64,000 bases of DNA from Vicinamibacteria bacterium (GCA_963668695.2 CAXXLQ010000004.1:3552001-3616000); one strand, 5' to 3'. Positions 53,900 through 64,000 are shown, numbered from the stretch's first letter. Program-made: numbers and translations. Notes: generated by a model from the sequence alone, not told the origin.

Positions 53900-54095
53900 G
53901 CCCGCGGGGAAAGCACCCCGCACCGTGCCCAGGGCCTCATCCGCACCGGCGCTGACCGTCTGTTCCGCGTGCGGGGCGCATTCCCCTCGGGGTGATGGTG
54001 CGCAGCGCTCCGCGCCGCGCACATCGTTTCCTGCGGGGAGGGGATACCCCTCCCCACACCCCTCCCCCGCGGCGCTTCGCGCCGCGAACGGCCGC
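53900..54095. repeat. Second family C repeat
   Basis: AAAGCACCCCGCAC...CCCTCCCC.CACCCCTCCCCGCGGCGCTTCGCGCCGCGAAC. Confidence 0.7.
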
Positions 54096-54139
54096 GGGGA
54101 GACTCTTGCCACCGCCGGTGAGCGACGGGACGATCCGCA

Positions 54140-54703
54140 ATGACGCTGGTTCTCGACAACTACGACTCCTTCACCTTCAACCTCGTGCAATTGCTTGGGG
54201 AGTTGGGCGCCCGGCCGGAGGTGGTCCGGAACGATGCGCGGACTCCGGCCCAGATAAGGGACCTTCGACCGGCGCGGATCGTGATCTCACCGGGCCCCGG
54301 TTCGCCCGAGAAGGCGGGCATTTCGGTGGACCTGGTGCGGATGCTCGCCGGGCAGATTCCCATTCTCGGGGTGTGCCTCGGCCACCAGTCCATCGTCGAG
54401 GCGTCGGGCGGCAGGATCCGCCGCGCCCACCGTCTGGTCCACGGCAAGACCTCGCCGGTGCGCCATAATGGCGAGGAACTGTTCGCCGGGCTGGAGAATC
54501 CCTTCGAGGCCACCCGCTATCACTCGCTGGTCGCCGACGAGCCGCTGCCGAGAGAGCTTGAAGTAACCGCCCGCTCCGACGACCAGGAAGTCATGGGACT
54601 TCGGCACCGGAGCGCACCGCTCTGGGGTGTCCAGTTCCACCCCGAATCCATTCTCACTCCCGCGGGACGACAGTTGCTCCGGAACTTTCTCGACCTGACC
54701 TGA
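54140..54703 (+). CDS. trpG: Anthranilate synthase component II (glutamine amidotransferase)
   Basis: DNYDSFT, SPGPG, GVCLGHQ, RYHSL, QFHPES. Confidence 0.93.
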   Translation: MTLVLDNYDSFTFNLVQLLGELGARPEVVRNDARTPAQIRDLRPARIVISPGPGSPEKAGISVDLVRMLAGQIPILGVCLGHQSIVEASGGRIRRAHRLVHGKTSPVRHNGEELFAGLENPFEATRYHSLVADEPLPRELEVTARSDDQEVMGLRHRSAPLWGVQFHPESILTPAGRQLLRNFLDLT

Positions 54704-54705
54704 AC

Positions 54706-55812
54706 ATGACGACACGCCCGCCCGATTTCGCCACCATGGTGCTCATCCTGAATTCATGGGCAACGCAGCAGGACATGGACCATCTAACGCGCCTGGTCGA
54801 GGAGAAGGCCCTCGAATGGGCGCTCCATCCGAGCGAAGTCCGGAACCAGATCCACGTGCTGGGGGATCTCTCCCGGGAGACCGAAGCCTTCTGGCGAACC
54901 CAGCCCGGCGTCCAGCAGGTCTACGGGCTCGCCAAGCCCTACAGGCTCGCCAACAAGACCCACCGCAAGTCGAACACCCGGATTCCGATCGGAAGCCAAC
55001 AGCTCGGCAGCAAGGACCTGGTGATCTTCGGGGGGCCGTGCGCGCTCGAGAGCGAGGAGCAGGGTATGGCCTCTGCCCTCATGCTGCGGGACCTGGGCCT
55101 CGAGATCATGCGGGCTTCGGCCTTCAAGCCGCGCTCTTCGCCCTATTCCTTCCAGGGACTCGGAGTGGACGGCCTCCACATCCTGAAGCGCATTCGGGAG
55201 CGGACCGGCGTGCTGGTCGAGACCGAGGTCATGGACGTGCGCGATGTAGAAATCGCCGCGGAACTCGTGGACGTGATCAGGATCGGCGCCCGCAACATGC
55301 AGAACTTCGACCTCCTCAAAGAGGCGGCCCTGGTCCAGACCCCGGTCATCCTCAAGCGGGGCATGGCGAACACCATCCGGGAATTCCTGCTCGCGACCGA
55401 ATACATCCTGCAGGGGAACCCGAACGTGATCCTCTGCGAACGAGGGATACGGTCATTTGAGACGGCTTACCGCAACACCCTGGACGTGGGAGCCATCGCC
55501 GTGCTGAAGCAGGAAACGCATCTACCGGTGATCGCGGATCCAAGCCACAGCGCGGGGAACAAAACGCTCGTGCCGGCCCTTTCGCTGGCCTCGGTCGCGG
55601 CAGGGGCCGACGGACTCCTCATCGAGGTGCACCCCAACCCCTCGGTGGCGCTCAGCGACGGGGATCAGTCGCTCTATCCGCACCAGTTCATGAATCTGAT
55701 GGGCGACCTGCGGAAGGTCGGGAGGGCGGTCGGCCGGCGCCTCCTGTCCGGGAGCAGGGCAAGCGTGCCGTCGCCGCCAGCGGAGAACGGCAGGGCGGCG
55801 GATCGAGCGTGA
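54706..55812 (+). CDS. aroF: DAHP synthase, type I-beta, with N-terminal regulatory domain
   Basis: GPC..E, FKPRSSPY.FQG, IGARNMQN, KRG, DPSH, EVH..P..A.SD. Confidence 0.93.
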   Translation: MTTRPPDFATMVLILNSWATQQDMDHLTRLVEEKALEWALHPSEVRNQIHVLGDLSRETEAFWRTQPGVQQVYGLAKPYRLANKTHRKSNTRIPIGSQQLGSKDLVIFGGPCALESEEQGMASALMLRDLGLEIMRASAFKPRSSPYSFQGLGVDGLHILKRIRERTGVLVETEVMDVRDVEIAAELVDVIRIGARNMQNFDLLKEAALVQTPVILKRGMANTIREFLLATEYILQGNPNVILCERGIRSFETAYRNTLDVGAIAVLKQETHLPVIADPSHSAGNKTLVPALSLASVAAGADGLLIEVHPNPSVALSDGDQSLYPHQFMNLMGDLRKVGRAVGRRLLSGSRASVPSPPAENGRAADRA

Positions 55813-56921
55813 TCGCGCGGGTTCCGGTGGAGACGCCGGGACAGGACGCGTCCTACGACATCGTCGTCGGAGCAGCAGCGCTCGACGGGCTTCCCGCGTT
55901 CCTCCGCGAGCGCTATCCGGAACGCCGGATCGCCGCCATCGGCGATGCCGAGGCGCTGCGGCGCCACGGGGATCGGCTCTCAGCGGTGCTGCCGGAGGGA
56001 ACCCTCGTCCTCGAGGTTCCTTCGGGCGAGGACTCGAAATCGCGCGCGGAGAAGGCGCGCCTCGAGGACGAACTCCTTTCCCGCCGCCTGGGCCGCGACA
56101 CGGTGATCGTCGGGTTCGGCGGCGGCGTGGTCACCGACCTCGCGGGGTTCGTGGCCGCGACCTATCTCCGCGGGGTGCCGTTCATTGCGGTCCCGACCAC
56201 GCTTCTCGCGGCGGTGGACGCCTCGGTGGGAGGCAAGACCGGGATCAACACCCCGCACGGGAAGAACCTGATCGGAGTATTCCGCCAACCGGCTGCCGTC
56301 TTCGCCGATACCGGCTTCCTCCAGACCCTGCCCGAGCCGGAGTTCCTGAACGGAGTCGCCGAAGCTCTCAAGATGGCGGCCACCAGCGACCGTGAGCTCT
56401 TCGCCGACATCGAGAAGGGCATCGGCACGCTTCGAGACCGCGAGACCGCCACGCTGACCCGGTTCATCGCGGCCGCGGTCCGGATCAAGGCCGCCGTCGT
56501 GGCCGCCGACGAGCGGGAAAGCGGGTTGCGCGAGGTCCTCAACTTCGGCCACACCATCGGCCACGGTCTGGAGCACGCGACCGACTACCGGCTGGCGCAC
56601 GGGGCCGCGGTCGCCATCGGCATGATCGCGGAGAGCCGGATGGCGCGCGAGGCGGGGTTTTTGGAGCGCGAAGCCGAGGATCGGCTTCACACCCTGATCG
56701 ATGCCGTCGGCCTGCCGATCCGGCCGCCGGACGAGGTGGAACGCGGCCGCGTGCTGGCGGCGCTCGGCGGCGACAAGAAGGCGCGCGGCGGCGAACCGCG
56801 TTTCGTGATGCTGGAAGCCATCGGCAGCGTGCGGAATCGGGACAGCCGGGGCCGGGCGGCCTACTCCTTTCCCCTGCCCGCTGAAGTCGTGGACTCGGGA
56901 CTGTCGGCGATCGGGCTTTGA
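55809..56921 (+). CDS. aroB: 3-dehydroquinate synthase
   Basis: GGGV..DL.GF.AATY.RG; PTTLLA.VDASVGGKT; NFGHT.GH. Confidence 0.96.
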   Translation: MIARVPVETPGQDASYDIVVGAAALDGLPAFLRERYPERRIAAIGDAEALRRHGDRLSAVLPEGTLVLEVPSGEDSKSRAEKARLEDELLSRRLGRDTVIVGFGGGVVTDLAGFVAATYLRGVPFIAVPTTLLAAVDASVGGKTGINTPHGKNLIGVFRQPAAVFADTGFLQTLPEPEFLNGVAEALKMAATSDRELFADIEKGIGTLRDRETATLTRFIAAAVRIKAAVVAADERESGLREVLNFGHTIGHGLEHATDYRLAHGAAVAIGMIAESRMAREAGFLEREAEDRLHTLIDAVGLPIRPPDEVERGRVLAALGGDKKARGGEPRFVMLEAIGSVRNRDSRGRAAYSFPLPAEVVDSGLSAIGL

Positions 56922-58249
56922 TCGAGGTCGCCCCGGGGCCGAACCCCCTTCGCGCTTCGGTCCGGGTCCCCGGCAGTAAGTACGAGGCGAACCGGTTCCT
57001 GATCGCGGCCGCCCTCACCGAAGGGACTACCCACCTCACGGGCCTCCCGGAGGGGGACGACATCCGGGCCGCGATCTCGGCGGTGGGAGCGCTCGGCGCC
57101 CGGACGAGCGGCAGCGGGGACTGCCTCGAAGTGCGCGGGTTTTCGCACGATCGGAACTTCACCCGCGCTGCCACCGGCCCCGGGGACCCGACCACCGTCT
57201 CGGTGGGCGAGTCGGGGACGCTGCTCCGCTTTCTGACGGCAGCGGCGGCTACCGCGCCGGGACCCATCACCATCACCGGAAGCGGCCGGATTCGGGAACG
57301 ACCGGTCGCGGGCCTGGTGGCGGCGCTCGAAGCGCTCGGCGCCGATGTCGAGACCAGCGAGGGTTACGCACCGCTTACCGTGCGCCCAGGCAGCTTCGAG
57401 GGCGGGGAGGTGCGGGTGGCCGCCCGGGAAAGCAGCCAGTTCGCCAGCGCGCTGCTCCTCGCCGCTCCCCGCGCCGCCCGCGGGATTGCCATCGAGTTGG
57501 AGAGCGACCCGGTGTCGGCGTCCTATCTCGACCTGACGGTCAGCGTGATGGCCCGCTGCGGGGTAACCGTGGAGCGACCCGGACCGCGGCGGTTCCGGGT
57601 CGCTGCCGACGCGCGGTACCGGCCCGGCGAGCACCGGATCTCGGGGGACTGGACCACGGCGAGCTATTTCTTCGCGGCCGCCGCCATCGCGCCCGGCCGC
57701 GTCACGGTGGACGGCCTCGATCCGGAGTCGCCCCAAGGGGAACGCGGCTTCTCTGAGATCCTGCGCCGGATGGGCTGCGAGGTGACGGAGGACCCCGCCG
57801 GCGACGGCGTCCGCGTGACGGTAACGGGCGCCCCGCGCCTCCGCGGAGTCACCGTGGACATGGGCTCGATGCCCGACGCCGCACCGACGCTGGCAGCGGT
57901 CGCGCCCTTCGCGGAGGGCCCCACCCGGATCGGCGGGATCGGGCACCTGCGGCACAAGGAAAGCGACCGGATCGCCGCCCTGGCCGAGGGGCTCCGCCGC
58001 CTTGGGGCCCGGGTGGCCGCGGAAGGCGACGCGCTGGCAATCGAGCCGCCGGCGGGGACAGCGGCGCTCGTCCCGGGGACGATGGATCCGCACGGCGATC
58101 ACCGGATCGCGATGGCGCTGGCGCTTACCGGACTCCGGGTTCCAGGAGTACGAATCGGGAATCCGGAAGTGGTTGCCAAGTCGTTTCCGGGGTTTTGGGA
58201 CGCGCTGTCGCAACTGGGTGCGCGGGTGGCCCGCCGGGAGGACGGATAG
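56918..58249 (+). CDS. aroA: EPSP synthase
   Basis: PGSK, SGT..R, SSQF.SALL, LR.KESDR, DHRIAM, KSFP.F. Confidence 0.95.
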   Translation: MIEVAPGPNPLRASVRVPGSKYEANRFLIAAALTEGTTHLTGLPEGDDIRAAISAVGALGARTSGSGDCLEVRGFSHDRNFTRAATGPGDPTTVSVGESGTLLRFLTAAAATAPGPITITGSGRIRERPVAGLVAALEALGADVETSEGYAPLTVRPGSFEGGEVRVAARESSQFASALLLAAPRAARGIAIELESDPVSASYLDLTVSVMARCGVTVERPGPRRFRVAADARYRPGEHRISGDWTTASYFFAAAAIAPGRVTVDGLDPESPQGERGFSEILRRMGCEVTEDPAGDGVRVTVTGAPRLRGVTVDMGSMPDAAPTLAAVAPFAEGPTRIGGIGHLRHKESDRIAALAEGLRRLGARVAAEGDALAIEPPAGTAALVPGTMDPHGDHRIAMALALTGLRVPGVRIGNPEVVAKSFPGFWDALSQLGARVARREDG

Positions 58250-60342
58250 TGGCTGAGTTCGGCTCCGGCGGAACTCCAGCCGGTCGTGACGCCGCTTTCC
58301 CGAATGTCGTTCTGATCGGCGCCCGGGGTTCGGGGAAGAGCCGAGCCTCCCGGAAGCTCGCGGCGAGGGTCGGCTGGACGCGGATCAGCACCGACGAGCT
58401 ACTGGAGGCGCGCTTCGGTCCGATCGCCGCGTTCGTCGAGCGGTTCGGCTGGGAACGGTTCCGGAAAGAAGAAAGCGCGGTACTCCAGGGGGTTACCGGG
58501 GAGCGGCTGGTGGTGGACTGTGGCGGGGGGATCGTCGAGACCCCGCAGAACATTCCCAAGCTGAAGGAACTGGGGACCGTCTACTGGGCGCGGGCGCCGG
58601 TGGCCTTCCTGAAGCAGCGGCTCTCGCGGCGCAAGCACCGCGCCGGGCGGCCCCCGCTACCGGGCATCCCTCCGGAGGACGAGGCGGTGATGGTCCTCGA
58701 GCGGCGCACTCCGCTCTACCGGGAAGCCGCCGTCGCCGATCTGTGGATTACGGGTGCAAGCAGCGCCGACCAGGAGGAAGCGGTCGAAACCCTGCTGACC
58801 GCGCATTTCGGACCGCGGCTCGCGCTCACCGTCGCCGGGAGGGCGGTGGCGGACCTGCGCGCCGGCCTCGACACCGCCGCTGCCGAGGCCGGGCCGCTCG
58901 ATCTGATCGAGCTGCGGCTCGACACCCTCGGGGCGCCGGGGCCTCCCGACGTGGGAGCGATTCTCGGGGACCTGCCGAAGCCGCTGCTGGCGCGCTTGAT
59001 CGTTACCGTCCGCCGGCGGAGCGAAGGCGGGCAGTTCACGGGGAGCGAAGACGACCGGATCCGCCTCCTTGCCGAAGCCGGAAAGCTGGGCGCGGCCTAC
59101 CTGGATCTCGAGTTCGAAGCGGACCGGGAGAGCGGAGGAGAACACGCCCGCCGGCTCCGGCAGGCCGCCCCCGCGGCAAGGCTGGTGGCCTCCTTCCATG
59201 ACATGCGGAGCGTCCCCGCCTCCCTCGAAGCGCTTCCGGAACGGATGGCGACCATGCAGCCGGCCCTCACCAAGGTCGCAGTTCAGGCTGCCGGGTGGAG
59301 CGACGTGCAACGGGTGCATGCGCTGGTTCGGGACCAGGCGTCCCGGAAGATCCCGTTGATCGGGATCGCCATGGGCGAGGCCGGCGCCGCGCTGCGGGTG
59401 ATCGCCGGCTCGGCCGGCGCAGCGCTTTCCACCTACGCTCCTCCCGAAGGGCTGCCGGCGGTCGCCGCCGGGCAGCTCAACGCGAAGGACATCCGCTCCC
59501 GGCACCGTCGGTGGGGGCGGCGCCTCCATGCCCTGGTCCCGGTGTACGGGGTCGTGGGCAGCCCGATCGGCCAGAGCCTCAGTCCACCAATGCACGAAGC
59601 GGCCTTCCGCCGGCTCGGCATCGAAGCGGCGTACCTGCCGTTTGCCGTTCCGCCACCGGAACTCGCCGACTTTCTCGTCGCCGCCCGGCTGAGCGGTGTG
59701 GGCGGCCTGAACGTGACGATTCCGCTGAAGCGCGCCGTCGTCCGATTGCTCGATGCTCTGGACGACGATGCGCGCCGGATCGGCGCGGTGAATACCATCA
59801 TCCCGATGAACGGCGGATTCCTGGGAGCCAACACCGACTGGATCGGCGCGGTCCGGTCACTCGAGGAAGTCGTGCCGCTGGCAGGCCGCCGCGCCACCGT
59901 GCTGGGAGCGGGCGGATCCGCGCGAGCCGTCCTGTACGGGCTGACCCGCGCCGGCGCCGAACCGGTGGTGATCTCGCGCGACGACCGGAAGGCGGCAGCG
60001 CTTGCCGACGAAATGGGGGTCCGCCACGCCCGGTGGACATCACTCGATCAGGCCCACGGGGACATTCTGGTGAACACCACTCCGGTCGGGATGGCGCCCG
60101 ATCGCGAGGGATGTCCCGCCCCCGACGCCGCGATCGCCGCTCACGAAGTGGTCTTCGACCTGGTGTTCCATCCCGAAAAGACCCGGCTCCTCCGGACGGC
60201 GGCCGGGCTCGGCAAGCGGACTGTCCCCGGACTCCGGATGCTCATCCTGCAAGCGGCCGCTGCGTTCGAACGTTGGATCGGCCGCCCTGCCCCGATCGAG
60301 GTCATGGCGGACGCCGCCCGGAAGGCCCGGAGTGCCCGGTAA
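58249..60342 (+). CDS. Tri-functional shikimate kinase / type I dehydroquinase / shikimate dehydrogenase (AroK-AroD-AroE)
   Basis: [17 protein letters not shown] (SK); ELRLD, RR.SEGG, D.E, SFH, K, MG, GQL (DHQase I); SLSP.MH, NVTIP.K, AVNT, NTD, GAGG.AR, NTTPVGM (SDH). Confidence 0.93.
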   Translation: MAEFGSGGTPAGRDAAFPNVVLIGARGSGKSRASRKLAARVGWTRISTDELLEARFGPIAAFVERFGWERFRKEESAVLQGVTGERLVVDCGGGIVETPQNIPKLKELGTVYWARAPVAFLKQRLSRRKHRAGRPPLPGIPPEDEAVMVLERRTPLYREAAVADLWITGASSADQEEAVETLLTAHFGPRLALTVAGRAVADLRAGLDTAAAEAGPLDLIELRLDTLGAPGPPDVGAILGDLPKPLLARLIVTVRRRSEGGQFTGSEDDRIRLLAEAGKLGAAYLDLEFEADRESGGEHARRLRQAAPAARLVASFHDMRSVPASLEALPERMATMQPALTKVAVQAAGWSDVQRVHALVRDQASRKIPLIGIAMGEAGAALRVIAGSAGAALSTYAPPEGLPAVAAGQLNAKDIRSRHRRWGRRLHALVPVYGVVGSPIGQSLSPPMHEAAFRRLGIEAAYLPFAVPPPELADFLVAARLSGVGGLNVTIPLKRAVVRLLDALDDDARRIGAVNTIIPMNGGFLGANTDWIGAVRSLEEVVPLAGRRATVLGAGGSARAVLYGLTRAGAEPVVISRDDRKAAALADEMGVRHARWTSLDQAHGDILVNTTPVGMAPDREGCPAPDAAIAAHEVVFDLVFHPEKTRLLRTAAGLGKRTVPGLRMLILQAAAAFERWIGRPAPIEVMADAARKARSAR

Positions 60343-61429
60343 CTCCATCGGCCAAGCGTTCCGGGTGACGACCTGGGGCGAGTCACACGGCCCGGCTATC
60401 GGCGTGGTGGTGGACGGCTGTCCGCCCCGGCTGCCGCTCAGCGAGGCCGACATCCAGAAGGAGCTCGATCGCCGGCGTCCAGGTCAGAGCGCCCTCACCT
60501 CGCCCCGCCGCGAGGCGGACCGCGTGGCGATCCAGTCGGGGGTCATCGCCGGGCAGACGACCGGACATCCCATAGCGATGGTGGTCCAAAACCGCGACGC
60601 CCGACCCGCCGACTACGAGGCGCTCAAAACCGTTTACCGCCCCAGCCACGCCGACTACACCTTCGAGGCCAAATACGGGATCCGGGACAAGAGCGGCGGA
60701 GGGCGCTCCTCGGCGCGGGTAACGGTGGGCCACGTCGCCGCAGGAGCGGTGGCGCGGGTATTCCTCGCGGAACGGTTCGGCGTCGAGTGCGTCGCCTACG
60801 TGAAACGCACCCAGGACGTCGAGGCCGCGGTGGATCCCGAGCGGGTGACCCGCGCCGAGGTGGAGCGGACTCCGGTGCGTTGTCCGGACCCGGAAGCCGC
60901 CGTTCGCATGGTGGAGCTGATCGACCGGATCAGAAGGGCCCGCGATTCCGTAGGTGGCGTCATCGAGTGTTCGGTGCGCGGCGTTCCGGCCGGACTCGGG
61001 GAACCTGTCTTCGACAAATTGGAGAGCGATCTCGCGAAGGCCATGCTGGCGATCAACGCGAGCAAGGGATTCGAAATCGGCTCCGGTTTCGCCGGCACCC
61101 GGCTCCGCGGCAGCGAACACAACGACCGCTTTGTGATGAAGGACGGGCGGATGGCGACCGAGACGAACAACGCCGGCGGCGTGCTGGGCGGCATCTCGAC
61201 CGGAATGCCCATCGTCTTCCGGGTGGCGTTCAAACCCACCTCGACGATCGGCCTGCCCCAGCAGACGGTGGACTCCGAGGGGAAGGAGGTCACGCTCGCG
61301 GCGCGCGGCCGCCACGATCCGTGTGTCCTCCCGCGGGCGGTGCCGATCGTGGAGGCCATGGCCTGCCTGGTGCTCGCCGACCACGCCCTCCGGCAGGCGG
61401 CGTTGAGCGGTCCGGAAGGGAGACCTTGA
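60332..61429 (+). CDS. aroC: Chorismate synthase
   Basis: GESHG, RRPGQ, RPSHAD, GGRSSAR, FKPTST, RHDPCV. Confidence 0.97.
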   Translation: MPGNSIGQAFRVTTWGESHGPAIGVVVDGCPPRLPLSEADIQKELDRRRPGQSALTSPRREADRVAIQSGVIAGQTTGHPIAMVVQNRDARPADYEALKTVYRPSHADYTFEAKYGIRDKSGGGRSSARVTVGHVAAGAVARVFLAERFGVECVAYVKRTQDVEAAVDPERVTRAEVERTPVRCPDPEAAVRMVELIDRIRRARDSVGGVIECSVRGVPAGLGEPVFDKLESDLAKAMLAINASKGFEIGSGFAGTRLRGSEHNDRFVMKDGRMATETNNAGGVLGGISTGMPIVFRVAFKPTSTIGLPQQTVDSEGKEVTLAARGRHDPCVLPRAVPIVEAMACLVLADHALRQAALSGPEGRP

Positions 61430-61588
61430 CCCGATTTCAGAGGGGAAACGGACGCGAATACCGGAGGGCCCCCTCTGGACCGCCCGGCCCTTCGCGCCGC
61501 GCCGCGCTCCGACGTCCCTGCCCGGTGGCAGTCGAATCGCAGCCAGCGGAAATCTGCTCCGCGTTCCCGCCCTTGCTGGAGGTGGAAA

Positions 61589-61933
61589 TTGAGTATTGAT
61601 CCCAAGAATCAGGCGCCCCCGCTGCGGGTCGTTGGAGCTGAGACTGCCCCGTCTGGATATGTGGACTACCCCTATTGGGCCATCCATCCCACCGGTCCGG
61701 ACGGTTCACATCCGCTAGTAAGCCTGACAATGGGCCGCTGGGTGGAAATTCCACCTGACATTGCGGCACCCGAGAACGAGCCCGGGCTCGCCAAGAGGCA
61801 AGTGAGCGTTGCCTTTATTGCGACTCTAGCGCCCGGCACGCTTCGTCTGATCCGCGATGGCATTGACCGTGTTCTCGCTGCCATCGAGAAAAAAGGAAAG
61901 CCGGAGGATCCAACGTCCTCGACTGTGCACTGA
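61589..61933 (+). CDS. Hypothetical protein
   Basis: TTG after GGAGG; 114 aa; lower GC. Confidence 0.5.
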   Translation: MSIDPKNQAPPLRVVGAETAPSGYVDYPYWAIHPTGPDGSHPLVSLTMGRWVEIPPDIAAPENEPGLAKRQVSVAFIATLAPGTLRLIRDGIDRVLAAIEKKGKPEDPTSSTVH

Positions 61934-62240
61934 GGGTTTGGCTCCGGTTCCGCTGCTTTTTCCACAAAAGGGCGGCTTACGACTTCTTGAAAGCAGCGGA
62001 CTGGAGGAGTGAGATTCGGTTGCGGGGCGAAATCACGAAATGCTCCGGCCCTGGCGGGGACCCGATCACGCTCACGAACTGCGAGTTGGGCCCCTCTGGA
62101 CGAGGGTGACACTTTCGGGTTTGGCTAAGCTGGCCGGCCCTCTGTCGCAGTGTCGGTTAGCCGCTCCTCGCTCGGGCATCGGAACTCGCTGGCGCGCGCC
62201 CGGCGCGCGGCAGCGAGTTCCGATTCGTCGTTTCCTTCTT

Positions 62241-62345
62241 GCGAAAGGGGGGCGGTAGCCCCCCTTTCACACTTTCCCCCCGATCACGCGGGCAACGAAC
62301 AAAGTTCGCTGCCATAGTTTTTGCTCGCTCAGGACTACGCCAACC
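62241..62345 (-). repeat. Family B repeat, reverse orientation
   Basis: CCCCTTTCACACTTTCCCCCCGATCACGCGGGCA.CGAAC. Confidence 0.7.
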
Positions 62346-62449
62346 GAGAAGAAGTGCGGGGACGGCTTGGAACGCCGATCTCCGGCCAGTCCTCCCGCTG
62401 GGGGCCGGCGACACCGCGCAAAACGGTCCGCCGTGTTCGCGCGCTGCTA

Positions 62450-62908
62450 CTAGGCCGCCGGAGCCAGCATCACCGTCTCGATCCCGTCGAAGGGAGCGAA
62501 ATCGGCGCCGTTTTGGGTAACGATCACGCGGACGCCGTGCGCGAACATGGTGGCCGCGATGTTCGCGTCGTGGAGCCGGCGGCCGTGCAGGCCGTGGGCG
62601 GCGGCGAGCCCTCGCAGCCGCCGGGACACCTCCTCGTTCTCCTCGTAGAGATGGAGATGGCGAAGGAATTCATTCACGTTTGCGATCGCATCCCTCACCT
62701 GCAGCCCGAGACCATTGGCCTCCTGGGGCCGCGTCGCCACGACCAGATACTCCCGCAGGATCTGCCCACTCGCCGCCAGGTGCAGGCCGCGCGCTCCGGG
62801 TTCGGTGATCAGCCGCTGCGCCTCCCGGTGCTGCGAACGCAACTCATCCGTCGCGGTCAGAAGCACATTGGTGTCGACGAACAGGATCTCACCGGCCGTC
62901 GGCGCCAT
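62450..62908 (-). CDS. PIN-domain toxin
   Basis: FVDTNVL, QILREY..VATR, HDANI.ATM, N..DF. Confidence 0.88.
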   Translation of the reverse strand: MAPTAGEILFVDTNVLLTATDELRSQHREAQRLITEPGARGLHLAASGQILREYLVVATRPQEANGLGLQVRDAIANVNEFLRHLHLYEENEEVSRRLRGLAAAHGLHGRRLHDANIAATMFAHGVRVIVTQNGADFAPFDGIETVMLAPAA

Positions 62909-63101
62909 AGATCTCTTCCCTCCGCCACGAGGTCGAACCGCCAACCCTCACCGTGACCAGCCTGAGTTCGCGGGCGCCCTCGTCCGGCGGCGCCATTCGC
63001 GCAGCCCGCTGGAGAATGGCCCGCAGTTCGCCGCGCAACGAGCGACGATGGCGGCGCGCGAGACCCTTCAAGGCGTCCACTTGTGTCCGGCGTGACGGCA
63101 C
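62889..63101 (-). CDS. FitA/Arc-like RHH antitoxin (5' end uncertain)
   Basis: LK.LARRH.RSL.GELR.IL; W.REEIY; upstream of the PIN gene. Confidence 0.7.
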   Translation of the reverse strand: MPSRRTQVDALKGLARRHRRSLRGELRAILQRAARMAPPDEGARELRLVTVRVGGSTSWRREEIYGADGR

Positions 63102-63212
63102 GGCTCATGTCGGTCGCACAACGATACCGACACCCGCGACGGCGGCGCGGAGCGCGGTCCCTTTCGCGAAAACAGTGCAAGTTATACTTGAATAAAATTC
63201 CGATCCGCACGG

Positions 63213-63288
63213 GGGCGGCTAGCTCAGTTGGGAGAGCGCGGCGTTCGCAATGCCGAGGTCACGGGTTCGATCCCCGTGTCGTCCACCA
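63213..63288 (+). tRNA. tRNA-Ala (CGC)
   Basis: Cloverleaf, G3:U70 pair, anticodon CGC, GTTCGA T-loop, encoded CCA. Confidence 0.96.
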
Positions 63289-63306
63289 TCGGAAGGAGAT
63301 TCCAAC

Positions 63307-64000
63307 ATGCAACGAGGCGTCTGGTTGCGGATCCTCGGTTCTGCAGCCCTGCTCGGCTTGGCCACTTCGGCCTCCGCCGCACCCGCGGAACCGCCGCCTT
63401 CGGCATCCGCCCCCGACCCCGCGGCGGTCGCGCTCATCGAGCGCGTCGAGGCGTACCACCAGTCCCTGCCCCACTTCGAGGCGCGCTTCGAGCAGCGCTT
63501 TTCCCCGCGCATTTTCGGACGCGACCGGATCGAAACCGGCCGGCTCACGGTCAAACGGCCCGCCCGGATGCGTTGGGACTACGAATCGCCCGAACCGAAG
63601 GTCTTCGTCAGTGACGGGACCAATACGTGGTTCCACGTTCCCGCCGACCAGCAGGTAGTCGTGGGCGCCTTCGGGAGCACCGGCGAGGAGACCGAGGCGG
63701 AAGCCGGCGGTCTGAATCCTCTCGAATTCCTGACCGGGGACGCAACGATCCTGGATCACTTCGATGCGCTGCTCGGAAGTGACCCCGCTCCCGGCCTGCG
63801 GACGATCTCGCTGGTTCCGCGGCAACCGAATGGAGATGTCACCTCGCTGGCGCTCACGGTGGACGCCGAAAGCGGCCGGATCCAGGGGATCGAGACCGAA
63901 GATCTCGAAGGGAACCGGACCGTCTTTCGGTTCACCGATTTCCAGTTCGCAGCCACCCCCGAGGACTCGCTGTTCACCTTTACCATTCCCCCGGGAACCG
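63307..64000 (+). CDS. lolA: Outer-membrane lipoprotein carrier LolA (runs off window end)
   Basis: Own translation: MQRGVWL..(signal)..FEARFEQ..G.L..KRP..MRWDY..PE.K.FVSDG..W..PAD.QV. Confidence 0.88.
   Translation, partial: MQRGVWLRILGSAALLGLATSASAAPAEPPPSASAPDPAAVALIERVEAYHQSLPHFEARFEQRFSPRIFGRDRIETGRLTVKRPARMRWDYESPEPKVFVSDGTNTWFHVPADQQVVVGAFGSTGEETEAEAGGLNPLEFLTGDATILDHFDALLGSDPAPGLRTISLVPRQPNGDVTSLALTVDAESGRIQGIETEDLEGNRTVFRFTDFQFAATPEDSLFTFTIPPGT

Noticed and set aside
56912-56922. prfB-like CTT TGA frameshift fusing aroB to aroA
   Set aside because: A +1 shift does not reach the aroA frame (it is -1); this is an ordinary 4-nt overlap.
61430-63288. tRNA-anchored integrative element
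   Set aside because: No integrase, and I found no duplicated tRNA end; only a TA pair and repeats lie on the 5' side.

Overview
High-GC chromosomal window from a diderm bacterium (lolA present). Gene content and the heavy repeat, IS and toxin-antitoxin load suggest an Acidobacteriota-like, possibly host-associated organism; this is inference only. Core genes: prfB with its programmed +1 frameshift, greA, dnaK-dnaJ-hspR, nfeD/slipin, tRNA-Ala(CGC), lolA, and a complete shikimate supra-operon (tyrA divergent from trpE-trpG-aroF-aroB-aroA-aroKDE-aroC). Accessory content: IS256, two IS4-family elements, five type II TA pairs, an HNH nuclease, peptidases, a PQQ/heme-c dehydrogenase and at least four families of non-coding repeats. 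Highlights: (1) aroB, aroA and a tri-functional AroK-AroD-AroE fusion lie in exactly the domain order of the eukaryotic pentafunctional AROM. (2) An in-frame TGA sits at the peroxidatic position of a secreted peroxiredoxin (probable selenoprotein). (3) A ~20-bp micro-module, CCCCCACCGGGAGAACTGG, is inserted at five or more different sites and in both orientations within a MITE family. (4) A quinohemoprotein carries the lanthanide-type D-x-D motif. (5) A 32-bp-period tandem array opens the window. Several small frameshifts, including one in dnaK, probably reflect assembly errors.
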